This document shows, piece after piece, positions 9,907 through 20,773 of a stretch of 64,000 bases of DNA. Made by a program: the position numbers and the translations under genes. Source of the DNA: a virus; IMG/VR virus record IMGVR_UViG_3300049846_002130, positions 64,001 through 128,000 of that record. The stretch is one strand, 5' to 3'. The notes beneath the pieces were generated by a model. It was not told the origin of the DNA. It ran no database searches and saw only the letters and a program-made list of their open reading frames with translations. Position 1 is the first letter of the stretch. Every line of letters begins with the position of its first letter.

Positions 9907-12108
9907 ATGCCAAGTATTCATCTTGAACTTATAGTTGAGACAGATAGCAATTATGGTAATTCAGAACATATTGACTTACCAGTAGCCATCCATGTCCATA
10001 AAAGATTAGAGCAGTTTATCTATACTTCAGCACATAAAGATCCAACTACTGTAATTGCCTATATAGAAAACCCTCCTGTGGATAGTAAGAACTTAAGAAT
10101 AGTTAACAAGACTTCTACTGTTCCTGAAAACAATCATCGATTGGTAAAGGCACAGAATACTAGGTTTGTTAGTGCTAAATCTGTGACTGTAGAATACAGT
10201 CACATACTGGCTACTAATATTTCTACTATGGATAGTAATGGAAAAGAGGCCCCTCTATTTTGGAAGCATTTGCTTCCGGTTGGGGTAACTGGTGTTACCT
10301 TACGAAAGGTGGAAGACGGAATAGATAGTGTTGTAGATACTGGTTTTCTTGTAGATCTTTCAGCAAGATCCCTATATACCAACTATACAAATGAGTTTGA
10401 TGAAAGTACTGGTAAAGTTACTGTTTATTATGTCTATCCAGAATACGATTCGTTTACTACACCGGAAACTGAGAGTGATAGATTTTTATCTTCAACATCA
10501 GAAGATGAGGACCTTGGTGGTTCTGGAGATGTAACTGATTTTCAACCCTCTACAATTACTAGTTCATCCGAAGAAAGGACCAAGCAGCTTTTATCTCTTA
10601 GACCTGTTGTCACAGAAGCAACCTGGGAAGATATAGATGTTTCGACAGGAAACCTATATCCAGACAGACAGGTCTATGTAAAAACCACTACGCCAAGTGG
10701 AACATCATTTGCTTTTAATAAAGGTGATAAGTGGTGGGTCAGGCCATATGAAGAGGGTATGATTCAGCCAATCGCTCCGATTAATACCACTCCAGATTAT
10801 GGATGGTATCTGCATTTTACTAATGGAGATTTTAGAGCTTTAGTAAATTCTAAAGTACGCAGGTTTTATGTACCTGAATTCAACTACCAAAACTTTGTGC
10901 CCTATAAACCGATAAGATATACTACTTATGATTTAGCAAAGATTGCTACAAAGAACCTTCTATTTACTAATAGAAAATCTTTGATGATTGATCCTAGTTT
11001 AGGCCTCAATCTTACGCTTTTTATATATGATGAATCTGACATACTACTTCGTGTATTAACTACTGATAGTAATCTTTCAGGTACTCGCTATAGAGACTCT
11101 GTCTTCTATGAGGGAGGCTTAATAGATGGGTACGATAATACTACTGGCTGTATTGCTGTTGGTCTCGATATTTTTAGCAACCACAAGGTAGTTGCTAGTT
11201 ATTACTATAAAGCCAATGCTTTTGAATATAAGCTTGTTAATGTCAACCCTCTAATCAACTCTTTGATTAGAGATAAGTTGATAGTATTTTATTGTGTGCC
11301 CGATGTTGACGAGGCAGACAGAGCAATTCATTATTTATTGGTTGATACTGCAGGTAAGATCAATTATTGTTCTCAGGGCCTAGGGGTTGGTCATTCTAAC
11401 CTACAGTTAAAGAATCTGGATGGTACTTTTAATATAGATTCAGTAATTGGGATGAAGTATTTTTCTGAGATAGATGCAGATAATTTTATTAATCTATTTA
11501 CTGCCGGATACAATAACACATATGGCTATATGCTTATATGTGAGCTTACTATTAGTGATTATATCCTTGAAGAGAATCAAGAAGTAATTGAGATTCTCGA
11601 ACCAGGAGCGCAGATAAAGGCTGCACTTACGGATACAGCCATCTTGGCAAATCCCAAGATACAAAACTCAGCCTTGTGCAACGCCCCATTTGGATTACAA
11701 ATACCAGAAGAGAATGTAATAGTTGTAGAGCCGCCATACTCTCTCCTAGAAGAGTATGGCGGTGTGCTCAGCAGAGCCCAAGCTGAAAGCTTATTAAGGA
11801 CCCTTATGCCAGTCACAGGATATATGGCAATGAATTGGACCTACCCAAAATCTACTGTAACTGGATACTATAACGATGAAGGAGTTGTTATAGATATTAG
11901 CTTTGAGGGTCTGTACGATTATAAGATTTTTAGAAGCTCACAATCTGAGGAGAAAACCCTTTTAACTACATTCTCTCCAATAAATAGAACTGAGTTAACG
12001 TATACGGACACATCGGTACAGCCAACAACCACCTATACCTACTATATATCTTTAACTGAAAATGATATAACCTATCCTGAAACTGTAGTTAAAGTAAGGG
12101 TGCCATAA
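9907..12108 (+). CDS. Virion structural protein with C-terminal FN3-like domain
   Basis: C-terminal YKIFRS...YTDTSVQPTTTYTYYI is a fibronectin type III-like pattern. Confidence 0.5.
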   Translation: MPSIHLELIVETDSNYGNSEHIDLPVAIHVHKRLEQFIYTSAHKDPTTVIAYIENPPVDSKNLRIVNKTSTVPENNHRLVKAQNTRFVSAKSVTVEYSHILATNISTMDSNGKEAPLFWKHLLPVGVTGVTLRKVEDGIDSVVDTGFLVDLSARSLYTNYTNEFDESTGKVTVYYVYPEYDSFTTPETESDRFLSSTSEDEDLGGSGDVTDFQPSTITSSSEERTKQLLSLRPVVTEATWEDIDVSTGNLYPDRQVYVKTTTPSGTSFAFNKGDKWWVRPYEEGMIQPIAPINTTPDYGWYLHFTNGDFRALVNSKVRRFYVPEFNYQNFVPYKPIRYTTYDLAKIATKNLLFTNRKSLMIDPSLGLNLTLFIYDESDILLRVLTTDSNLSGTRYRDSVFYEGGLIDGYDNTTGCIAVGLDIFSNHKVVASYYYKANAFEYKLVNVNPLINSLIRDKLIVFYCVPDVDEADRAIHYLLVDTAGKINYCSQGLGVGHSNLQLKNLDGTFNIDSVIGMKYFSEIDADNFINLFTAGYNNTYGYMLICELTISDYILEENQEVIEILEPGAQIKAALTDTAILANPKIQNSALCNAPFGLQIPEENVIVVEPPYSLLEEYGGVLSRAQAESLLRTLMPVTGYMAMNWTYPKSTVTGYYNDEGVVIDISFEGLYDYKIFRSSQSEEKTLLTTFSPINRTELTYTDTSVQPTTTYTYYISLTENDITYPETVVKVRVP

Positions 12109-12557
12109 TGGGAAGAGAAAATCTTGTTTTTAAAGTTTCTCAAGAAGTCGTTTATGATCCTCTTGGAGTAACAGCTGGAATCAGCAAGACCATTACGATT
12201 ACTAATATGGGCACTGAAAGCCTTGTGGATCTTGGCCTTTATATTAAACCAGCTACTGGACTTGGTGAATTAGATTATCCTTCTGACTATCCCCCAGACA
12301 CAGACTATCAAGATTTATTAACTTGGGGCGAGAATAGTAACCAAGGCGTTGCCATCAGTGGTGGAATCTATATAACCGTAACTCAAAACTCTGGGATATT
12401 TCAGGGTTATGTAACTAGAATTGCAGGAAGTACCTTAGCAAATAAAATTGCTATTAAGGATCTTGCTGCAGCGGAAGAACTTGAAATTGTTATAGATTTA
12501 GAGACACCACCTTCGGGCTCTCCTCGTCGGCTGTATATCGATCTGGTTGTTGACTAA
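12108..12557 (+). CDS. Small virion structural protein
   Basis: 149 aa, beta-rich, translationally coupled in the operon. Confidence 0.4.
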   Translation: MGRENLVFKVSQEVVYDPLGVTAGISKTITITNMGTESLVDLGLYIKPATGLGELDYPSDYPPDTDYQDLLTWGENSNQGVAISGGIYITVTQNSGIFQGYVTRIAGSTLANKIAIKDLAAAEELEIVIDLETPPSGSPRRLYIDLVVD

Positions 12558-14623
12558 TGCTTAAGCTAAAGACAAGAATATCAAGCATAAACAATTTATA
12601 TTCTGCAGCACAGTATCGAGTCCAAGATTATTTCTTTCTTGATTTAAGTACTAAAGAAATTGACTCTGGTGTTGCCAGCTATTTAAAGCGAGATCGATTT
12701 TTCTTCGAGCAACCTTTAAGGCCAGCAGTTCCAATGAGTTCTGCTACGTGGCGCGAGTATCTTCGCGACCTTAGATTCTTAATTGTATTTTCTAATTTAG
12801 AAATTAATTCTTTAGAAAAAGATATTTTTGCTTTAGCAAAACGCAACTATAAAAAGATTAAAACTGTTCAAAGAGAGCTAAATATTCTTGAATCAGAGGT
12901 GATTGAAGAAGAACTTAAGTTTTATAGAGATTTCGACTTTGTTCATCATAATAACTTTTCAAAGAAAAAGGATAGGAATACAGTAGAAGTTAAAGATTGG
13001 AACTATGACTTCAAGACAGGACTGTCTTTAGCCAATGATAATCTTAGTGAAGTCTATCCGTTTGCTGGCGCAATACTACCTGTAATAGAAGCGCTATCAA
13101 TTCCAGTATCTAATTGTATTGTGGTCGGCGAAGAAACTGATGTTGGGGACACTCAGCAACCTTTAATAAAGACTAATCCCAATTTCTGTGTAATGGATAA
13201 TGAGATATTCAGATACGTTATTATTCGTCGAGAGTTTGATGAGACAAAAAGAAAGTATTCTTATACAGAAAGCTTTCTAACCTTACTTTTAGATTTTGGT
13301 AATATTCAAACAGTAAACTTTTTTGAGGTCGTTCCGGCAGGAGCCAATAGCCTTCAAATTGCTTCAGTTACTTACCTTAATGAAAGTAACGAAGAGGTTC
13401 CTATTGGAACCGAAGTACTTGATGTCCCTAGTGGGCTTAAGATCTTTATGGAGCCGATTAGAGTTAGATATCTTAAACTTAAATTTAAACAATCTGCTCC
13501 GGTTAACAAACAGTCACTTCTTAATAATAATGGCAATGGTGACCTTAATGTTATTCTTCGAGGCTTAGATTGGTCATCTAAGTTTAGAGAAGACAGCTTT
13601 TCTCAAATAGAGGGCAGGGTCTATGACTTTAGTATAAAGGATATTAAAGTCTGGCTAAATAAGTATAATTCTCTTGGCTATTATTGTAGTGATGTTAAAG
13701 AAATTAAACATATGGCTACAGCAAAAGTAGATTCTAGTTTAGAAGAGATTCCTGTTGTTACGGGTGTCAGTTTTTCTGACTTGCTATATAGCTATACAAC
13801 AGGTAGTACTTCGGCAGAATTTTACTTAGGTATTAAATCGAAGCAGCTTAAGAAGAATAAAAACTTCTTTGAAGACCTGATTCCGCTGCAAGATAGTTTT
13901 CCTATTCAAACAGAGACGCTCGTTATTAATGGTGGCTATGCTAAGTTAAAACTATATCCAAATCTTACTTTTGAGGTGCCTAAACTATTGGTGAATTCTA
14001 TTGAGCACCTTTCTGGTGTTCGATATCTGATTACTACTAGTTTGCCCCATGAACTTGTTGAGGACGAAGAATTCTTTATGATAGGTCCGATGGGGAAGGA
14101 TGTAACAGATACTTTCACAGTTTTCTCAGTGGTTAACGATTATACTATTGAGATTAGACCTACCGTAGCTTCGAATTTAGTCATTGATGAAGAGACAAAA
14201 CCAAATACCTATCTTTTCAAATCTAATGTAGTCCCTACGTTTACATTAACCAAAAGTGGAGCGGATCAGGTTATTGGTACTAATTACCAGGTCAGTTTTG
14301 GTGACGGTATCTATTATGACACCTGGGATTATAGTAAGTACACAGAATGGCTTGTTCGTGGACCAAGGGCTGGGGATTTTAGCTTAAGGATTAAAGATCC
14401 GAGTTATATAGAAACTTATTCTATAGATTATCGACCTCTTAAGAATCAGTGGCTTGGTCAGACAAACCTTGTTAGACTAAAGCATGGAGCAGCTGTATTT
14501 GATCCAAAGTTTAAGGATAGTTTATCAGAAGTACAAACTATTGCTTTATTAAGATCTTCTACTCCAAACTACTATACGACCTCAGTTCTTACTTCCTATA
14601 CTCTTGGTATCAAGAGGTTCTAA
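12557..14623 (+). CDS. Virion structural protein (paralog 1 of 3)
   Basis: Helical/coiled-coil N-terminus followed by a jelly-roll-like pattern shared with the next two genes. Confidence 0.45.
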   Translation: MLKLKTRISSINNLYSAAQYRVQDYFFLDLSTKEIDSGVASYLKRDRFFFEQPLRPAVPMSSATWREYLRDLRFLIVFSNLEINSLEKDIFALAKRNYKKIKTVQRELNILESEVIEEELKFYRDFDFVHHNNFSKKKDRNTVEVKDWNYDFKTGLSLANDNLSEVYPFAGAILPVIEALSIPVSNCIVVGEETDVGDTQQPLIKTNPNFCVMDNEIFRYVIIRREFDETKRKYSYTESFLTLLLDFGNIQTVNFFEVVPAGANSLQIASVTYLNESNEEVPIGTEVLDVPSGLKIFMEPIRVRYLKLKFKQSAPVNKQSLLNNNGNGDLNVILRGLDWSSKFREDSFSQIEGRVYDFSIKDIKVWLNKYNSLGYYCSDVKEIKHMATAKVDSSLEEIPVVTGVSFSDLLYSYTTGSTSAEFYLGIKSKQLKKNKNFFEDLIPLQDSFPIQTETLVINGGYAKLKLYPNLTFEVPKLLVNSIEHLSGVRYLITTSLPHELVEDEEFFMIGPMGKDVTDTFTVFSVVNDYTIEIRPTVASNLVIDEETKPNTYLFKSNVVPTFTLTKSGADQVIGTNYQVSFGDGIYYDTWDYSKYTEWLVRGPRAGDFSLRIKDPSYIETYSIDYRPLKNQWLGQTNLVRLKHGAAVFDPKFKDSLSEVQTIALLRSSTPNYYTTSVLTSYTLGIKRF

Positions 14624-17538
14624 TGTCAACATCAAAACTACTTCCTAAAGATTTATTTAAGGTAGCTTCTTTTAAAGCTGTTCTTGCTCGCAATCAGGAT
14701 GCTTGGAGAAGTTCATCAACACTAGAAGATCGGCTTGTGAAAGAGGCTAAAGCTTTAGATTACTTTTTTGATGTCGAAGACAACCATATTGATTACTCCC
14801 CGATAACCCAGTTTGAGTCACCAGATATACAATATCTATCGTCTGTATACGATATGCTTGCTAATTTCAGTGTTAGTAATCGTGCGAAGTACTCTGTGTT
14901 GGCTGACTTATATCTAAATAAATATAACAACAATACTTTGCTTCTTCAGGATCTTCTCAATCAGGTTCGACGCATAAAACAAAAGCATGCTGTAATTAGT
15001 TTGGGTAACAGTAATTTTAGAAAATATGTTGTTGGTGATAGTTTTCTTTCGTTGACTAATCTAGATTATGGGTTCTGCGGTGGAACAAATGCAGAGTTAG
15101 ATCCTATAGCGGGGGCAGCCCACCTACCTGTAACTTTAAGACAACAGCAAACACCAACTAATGTTTTGCTGGGTAGTGAGTCTAATGGGGCAGCTGGAAG
15201 CTCAGACCCAGAAGTAGACTCTACAAACCAAAAGCTTGATAACCTACTAAGCTCAAATAATACTCAGTCTTTCTTTTACGAGCGTTTACAGCAGGGGCCA
15301 TGTAAGCTAGCTCTAACCTTCCAGTTCAATAGACCAACACTTATAAACCAGTTTATTATTAATTTAAACAACATTGATGATGGTGTTGTCCCAGAATTAG
15401 CTAAGGTAAGTTTTGTTACCGCTGACAATCAAAACATAAACTTTAAAGACTTAACAGAACAGAGTATTAAAAGTATTACTCGTGCTGACAATGAGATTGG
15501 GGCTTTATTCCCTCCGATAGAAGTTGTATCGGTTAGCTTCTTGTTAACTCAAAGTAGTGCTGTGTCCTTATTAAATGCTGCGGGCAAGACTATAAAGCAA
15601 TTTGCCATTGTTGTAGACAGTGTTGAGTTTTGGTTAAACCAATATTCGGCTACAGGCTTAATTAATAGTCAACCTGTAGAACTTCCAGCAGGGCTTTTTG
15701 CTTTTGAGCCAGTAATCGAATACTATCCTTCTACTCAAGAATTCTTTGACTTAATTTTAGATGTATCTTTTGATGGGGGAGTTACCTGGACCAAAGTAGC
15801 GGATGAGAACAAAGTGGATATCTCTTTGGTAGAAAGCAGAAACTTTTTGTGGAGATTACGAATAGATCGGATCGATAGTGCTTTTTCTTCTTACTCTTCG
15901 TTTTTAGCAACTGCATTTGACTCAGTTAAACGTAAGTTTATACAAAAGTCTGTTATACCAAATGTTAGTCCTTATAGCTTATCTTTAACTTCAAAGCCTA
16001 AAGGTGAAGAGGATATCTATGTCTGGCAGCCAAAACTTCTTCCTCGTAATGATATTAGCAATGGATTTAAGATTGGGGTTGCCTCTTCTGTTCAGACAAA
16101 AGTAAAGCTACCTTTTGATACTGCGTTCATAGAACCTACTGATTTGAAGATATCTATTGGATCAAATGAGTTGGTATATGTTACACCTGGTAATACTCCA
16201 ACTGGAGAAGAGTGGACATATACAGACGACTTTAAGTCTATTGTTTTAGGTAGTGATGTGGTCTCTGGAGCAATAATTTATGCATCACTTGAGCCAGAAC
16301 AAATACAATTGGTCGATACTTCTGAAGGCTATTTGGCTACTCCTAGCTATCCATTTGATACTGATAAGTCTTGTATCAAGCTCAAAGCTTTTGAACCAAA
16401 GCTTACCCGGAGTACCCTGGTATTACCAAAGTTTAAAACTGTTATCCGACTTGGTAATAGAAATATTAAGCCTAGTAGCTTTGAGTTAATCAGTGCTGCT
16501 GGAGATACCTGGACAGAAGGAATTGATAGGCCAGATATAGACGGTGAGACCGATCAATATTACTTAGATGCTCCTAATGGTGTTCTATACCTAAGTAATA
16601 TTGTTGGAGAGGACAGTGTTAGTGTTAGTTATCAACACTATCAAGATAAAATCTTGTCTGATGAAGACTATGATATCTACTACTCTGGAGCAGTACCTGT
16701 TGGATTTTTGATTCAGAAGAAAGCTCTTCCTGTACAAACAGTAGCAGAAAGAATTGGTAGTTCTCTGATATCAACACTCAATCCTATAACAGGTACCCAC
16801 GAACAAAGACCAACCTATATCGCTTCTTCTTCAACAAGTAAACAATTAGGCTATAAAAATATTATCAAGGGCTCACTACACCATAAGAAAGATCTACTTG
16901 CAAATAATCTTTTAGTAGAAGAAGTAGACTATGTTGATGGTAAGTCAGAGTTTCTAGGTTTGATTAAAGTAGATAAAGAGCTAACAAATGAACAGGAGGC
17001 TGACGGCAGCGGATTGGTATCGTTTTACTTAGGGGCTCGGAGTTTATGGTATAGAGATTTTGGCGTAAGCTTTTCTAGCTCTTATTTCACAACTATGCTT
17101 TCTCCAGGAAGCTCTTTGTCTACAGGTGAATACTATATCCAAAAGAGTGGTCTAGTTGTTGTGAAGGTAGGTGTTGGGAATACCTTGCCCGGGGATATAG
17201 CTTATAGCTACTATTATCGTTCTGAAGAGGCTGACCCTGATAATAAGATATCTGTTGACTACACAAATGGAATTCTTTACTCATACTCTGATCTAAACGA
17301 AGATAGCCAGATTAGTTATTCGGTTTGCCCAACATTGGCCTACTACGATATAGTAAAGCCACTTGCATTTGAATATGATAAGACCAGTAACCAGTTACAG
17401 TTTAGTACCCTTGGTATGGACCCAACAAATAGTTTTGTTAAGGTCTCGTGGATTGAGGCTCCTTTCGATTTAAGTCCAAGTCAGATTAAAGAAAACTTTA
17501 CACCCGTTGTTTCGAGAGTAGGATTTAGGTTTAATTAA
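14623..17538 (+). CDS. Virion structural protein (paralog 2 of 3)
   Basis: 971 aa; same architecture; S.DGGVTW motif. Confidence 0.45.
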   Translation: MSTSKLLPKDLFKVASFKAVLARNQDAWRSSSTLEDRLVKEAKALDYFFDVEDNHIDYSPITQFESPDIQYLSSVYDMLANFSVSNRAKYSVLADLYLNKYNNNTLLLQDLLNQVRRIKQKHAVISLGNSNFRKYVVGDSFLSLTNLDYGFCGGTNAELDPIAGAAHLPVTLRQQQTPTNVLLGSESNGAAGSSDPEVDSTNQKLDNLLSSNNTQSFFYERLQQGPCKLALTFQFNRPTLINQFIINLNNIDDGVVPELAKVSFVTADNQNINFKDLTEQSIKSITRADNEIGALFPPIEVVSVSFLLTQSSAVSLLNAAGKTIKQFAIVVDSVEFWLNQYSATGLINSQPVELPAGLFAFEPVIEYYPSTQEFFDLILDVSFDGGVTWTKVADENKVDISLVESRNFLWRLRIDRIDSAFSSYSSFLATAFDSVKRKFIQKSVIPNVSPYSLSLTSKPKGEEDIYVWQPKLLPRNDISNGFKIGVASSVQTKVKLPFDTAFIEPTDLKISIGSNELVYVTPGNTPTGEEWTYTDDFKSIVLGSDVVSGAIIYASLEPEQIQLVDTSEGYLATPSYPFDTDKSCIKLKAFEPKLTRSTLVLPKFKTVIRLGNRNIKPSSFELISAAGDTWTEGIDRPDIDGETDQYYLDAPNGVLYLSNIVGEDSVSVSYQHYQDKILSDEDYDIYYSGAVPVGFLIQKKALPVQTVAERIGSSLISTLNPITGTHEQRPTYIASSSTSKQLGYKNIIKGSLHHKKDLLANNLLVEEVDYVDGKSEFLGLIKVDKELTNEQEADGSGLVSFYLGARSLWYRDFGVSFSSSYFTTMLSPGSSLSTGEYYIQKSGLVVVKVGVGNTLPGDIAYSYYYRSEEADPDNKISVDYTNGILYSYSDLNEDSQISYSVCPTLAYYDIVKPLAFEYDKTSNQLQFSTLGMDPTNSFVKVSWIEAPFDLSPSQIKENFTPVVSRVGFRFN

Positions 17539-19502
17539 TGAATTACGAGTCTCAAATAAAAGAACTAGTAATCAAAGAGTTTGTATCTGAGAATAATAGG
17601 GTACCCACTCTTCTTGAACTAAAGCAACTTATAGCTGACCACAAAACAAAGTATCCAAATCTCTCTGTTGTTGGTAGGTCTGGGTATGAGGTTGTAAAAC
17701 CAAGTTTTATGTCGGTATCTAGTAGTACCGATGAAAATCAAAATACCGACTCTCTTACTAGTGACTTTATTTTAGCTAGTAAACGAATAGACTACTTAGC
17801 TGAACAACTTGTTTCTACTGATATTGGTTTGAGTTCCACTGTACGTAAGTTGCAGCGAGAGCTTAATACACTAGAGGGCCGACTTGATAATATCTTACTT
17901 TTTACTCAAGAGGACAATCCGTTCTTAATTGGTATCGAGGAGAACTTTGCCAATGGAGATAAGTTTGATTTTAGTAGGAGCACAGCTTCTCTTGAGAGTT
18001 TTGGACTCACCTCTGGTCGTAGAAGTCTTACTCCGCTTAATTTAAAAAACACTAATATTACTTATAGTACAAGTTCAAATAAGGGTTACTTATCTTTCTT
18101 TAATAATTCAACTACTGATTCTTTAAAGGAAGACGATGGCATTACTTGGACTCATCAGGTTTATACTAACTACTCTTCAGGCAGAGTTACATTACAACTA
18201 AATGTTAATTTAAATTCTGAAGAATATGTTTCTAATATAAGGTTAGTGTTTGCTTCATTTAGTAAAGATAGCAACATGCAGGTTTCTACATCATATAGTG
18301 TTGATGGTAAGACCTATTTAACTCTTGAGCCAGCAGAGGTTTCAGTTACTAATCATGAGTACTCTGTAGATGTCGGAATTGGCGGTGTACAAAAGATAAG
18401 ATTTTTAATTAGTAAAGAGTTTGCTGATGCTAAAACAAGTGTTGGTCAACAGCATGTATATCATTTTTCGATTGATAGTTTAAAAATCTATACCAGTGAT
18501 TATTCTGCTGGAGATTCTATTGCTTATCTTGGGCCGTATGAAATGCTTGACGACAGGCTTAATGAATATAATTTTACAAAAGCAACTTGTGAGTTATGTC
18601 TTACTTCTGGTGATAATACAGCTGCAAATGTTTTTCTAAGTAAAGATAATATAACTTATTTCCCATTAAAGAATTCTAACGATTATGTAATTTTTGGAAG
18701 TAGTATAAGTGACTCTAGTGGAAGTCAGATTTCGGAAACAAGTGCCCGCTATTTATTAGTTGATGATAGTGAGTGCGAATACAACTCTTCTAAAGAAGGT
18801 ATCTTAAACTTCTATATACCAACTACATATACTGATCGAGTAATTCCCAAAACACTTTTAGTTAAAAGAAACATAGTCGTTTCTGATAGCTTGGATTTTA
18901 TTGATGGCGTTGATCCTGGTTGGGTTATCAAAGATAGTCTCTATAGAACAACTATATTTGTAGACAATCCTGGTGGGACTGTTATTGATTTGGGACCGAC
19001 AACTGCATATCTAAATGATATAGAGGTTACCGGTAAGGTTTCTTTACCTTATGGTTATTCTGTTTTTGCTACTGGTGCTAATAATTGGCGAGAGATAGAT
19101 ACTGGTGCTTTGTCTCTTGGGGACCTGAAAAACAAAGACAAGCTTTATCCCTATAACCACAAATTAATTATTGAAGGTTATTCTTATCCAAAGGCTTTTA
19201 ATGGCGAGAAAGTTTACTTTGGTTATCAACATTTTGGGCACTATATGAAGTATGTGCCTGCTAGTTATTTTGATTCAGTTGGATATGATCCAACTATATT
19301 TACTTATGAGGAAGTTCCAAGTGGTTGGAAGTTTAAAGTAAAAGTTGATAAGAGTAGAAATAACTGGGCACTAGAAAAGTTTAGTGGAGAGTGGCGACTT
19401 CAAGATACAAGTGGAAATGATTTATGGGTAAAGATTCTTTTAAGGGGAAAAACAAAAGCAAGATCTGCTATTGTTAACTCATTCAAGTTGAGGGTTATTT
19501 AA
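17538..19502 (+). CDS. Virion structural protein (paralog 3 of 3)
   Basis: 654 aa; same architecture; SVDGKTY motif. Confidence 0.45.
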   Translation: MNYESQIKELVIKEFVSENNRVPTLLELKQLIADHKTKYPNLSVVGRSGYEVVKPSFMSVSSSTDENQNTDSLTSDFILASKRIDYLAEQLVSTDIGLSSTVRKLQRELNTLEGRLDNILLFTQEDNPFLIGIEENFANGDKFDFSRSTASLESFGLTSGRRSLTPLNLKNTNITYSTSSNKGYLSFFNNSTTDSLKEDDGITWTHQVYTNYSSGRVTLQLNVNLNSEEYVSNIRLVFASFSKDSNMQVSTSYSVDGKTYLTLEPAEVSVTNHEYSVDVGIGGVQKIRFLISKEFADAKTSVGQQHVYHFSIDSLKIYTSDYSAGDSIAYLGPYEMLDDRLNEYNFTKATCELCLTSGDNTAANVFLSKDNITYFPLKNSNDYVIFGSSISDSSGSQISETSARYLLVDDSECEYNSSKEGILNFYIPTTYTDRVIPKTLLVKRNIVVSDSLDFIDGVDPGWVIKDSLYRTTIFVDNPGGTVIDLGPTTAYLNDIEVTGKVSLPYGYSVFATGANNWREIDTGALSLGDLKNKDKLYPYNHKLIIEGYSYPKAFNGEKVYFGYQHFGHYMKYVPASYFDSVGYDPTIFTYEEVPSGWKFKVKVDKSRNNWALEKFSGEWRLQDTSGNDLWVKILLRGKTKARSAIVNSFKLRVI

Positions 19503-20773
19503 TGTCTAATGTAAGTGATATTGCTTCCACTTTAGTTCAACGATCGGGTATGACTGTAGCTTGGACAAGTACAGCATCGTTAAATAGATTTCAGAATGCT
19601 ATTCAAACAGACATTGCTGGTCTAATAGGACAAATTAATACAGTTTACTACCCTTTAATTTCTAGTTTAGTAACAGATAATGTAGATGTCTTTGATCTTG
19701 GCCTTTCTGGAAATACACTGTATTCTGATGTCGAGGCAACTACTGGTAGTGGGCGCTATCTTTATAGTGCTGATCTTAATAGAAAGCTTTCTATTAAAGA
19801 GTCTATAGATGCTTTAGGTACAGCAATTGACTCTGTGGCGGCAACCACATTGGCTACAGCTACAACAGATTGGCCAGGAGATACGTTCTTAGAGTCTCTA
19901 GATGCCTTTCAGTCTAGCATTGATACTCAGCAAGCCAATCTAGTTCAACTTAAAGTGGATACTTTTGGTAGTGAATATTCTTTAAATGGAGATGGTATTG
20001 GGATATTAAGTTATCCGCTATCTCAATATGTAGATGCTTTGGGTGTCTTCTTTAGTGGGTTTCCTGTTACAGGTAATACCTATACTTCTACTTTTCCAAC
20101 CTTAACATTTTCTGTACCGATAAGTAGTTTAACCTTTGATGTAACTATAGCTCAAAGTTCCATAACAGATTTGTCTACAGATTTAGGTAGTATTCGTAGC
20201 TTTGTTGGAATGGCGACAGTTTCGGAGACCCCAACATATAGTGATCATGGAGATATTACATATGTCTCTGATGGCCAGTCTTTAGAAGAAGCTATTCAGG
20301 TACTTGATGAACAGATAAGCTCTGTAGTGTCTGATCTTTTGGTAACTAAAAATGCTTTTACTGACACTAGTTACTATACCCTTACAACAGATGGGGCTGC
20401 TGTAACTTCTAGTAATATTCTTGTTCTTCCCCAACATAGTGCGGGTTGGCTTAATATTGATTGGGTTACTATGTATTCTGATGGTGGCGGCACACAGAGA
20501 ACAGCGGGGGGCACTCTATATGCTTTAGCTTATAGAACTACAGGCGCTGTTACCGTGGTGGATTATTCTCGCTCGGAAATGACAGATAGTGCAGCTAATG
20601 CGGGCGAACTAACAATAGCTACTGCCGCTACGGTGGCGGCACCAAAACTAATAACTAGTGGTACTGTAACTGGTGGTGTTGAATTTCAATTAGCTTTGAC
20701 TACTGGTGCTGGTAATCCAACTAAAGCTGTCGCTCGTATCAGATATACTACAGTTACCAATACTGGCCCCTAA
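19502..20773 (+). CDS. Ser/Thr-rich virion protein (fibre/appendage-like)
   Basis: 423 aa, conspicuously Ser/Thr-rich; last structural gene before the enzyme cassette. Confidence 0.4.
   Translation: MSNVSDIASTLVQRSGMTVAWTSTASLNRFQNAIQTDIAGLIGQINTVYYPLISSLVTDNVDVFDLGLSGNTLYSDVEATTGSGRYLYSADLNRKLSIKESIDALGTAIDSVAATTLATATTDWPGDTFLESLDAFQSSIDTQQANLVQLKVDTFGSEYSLNGDGIGILSYPLSQYVDALGVFFSGFPVTGNTYTSTFPTLTFSVPISSLTFDVTIAQSSITDLSTDLGSIRSFVGMATVSETPTYSDHGDITYVSDGQSLEEAIQVLDEQISSVVSDLLVTKNAFTDTSYYTLTTDGAAVTSSNILVLPQHSAGWLNIDWVTMYSDGGGTQRTAGGTLYALAYRTTGAVTVVDYSRSEMTDSAANAGELTIATAATVAAPKLITSGTVTGGVEFQLALTTGAGNPTKAVARIRYTTVTNTGP

Noticed and set aside
4162-20773. Diversity-generating retroelement or invertible tail-fibre cassette
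   Set aside because: No reverse transcriptase or invertase, and no template/variable repeat pair was seen by eye
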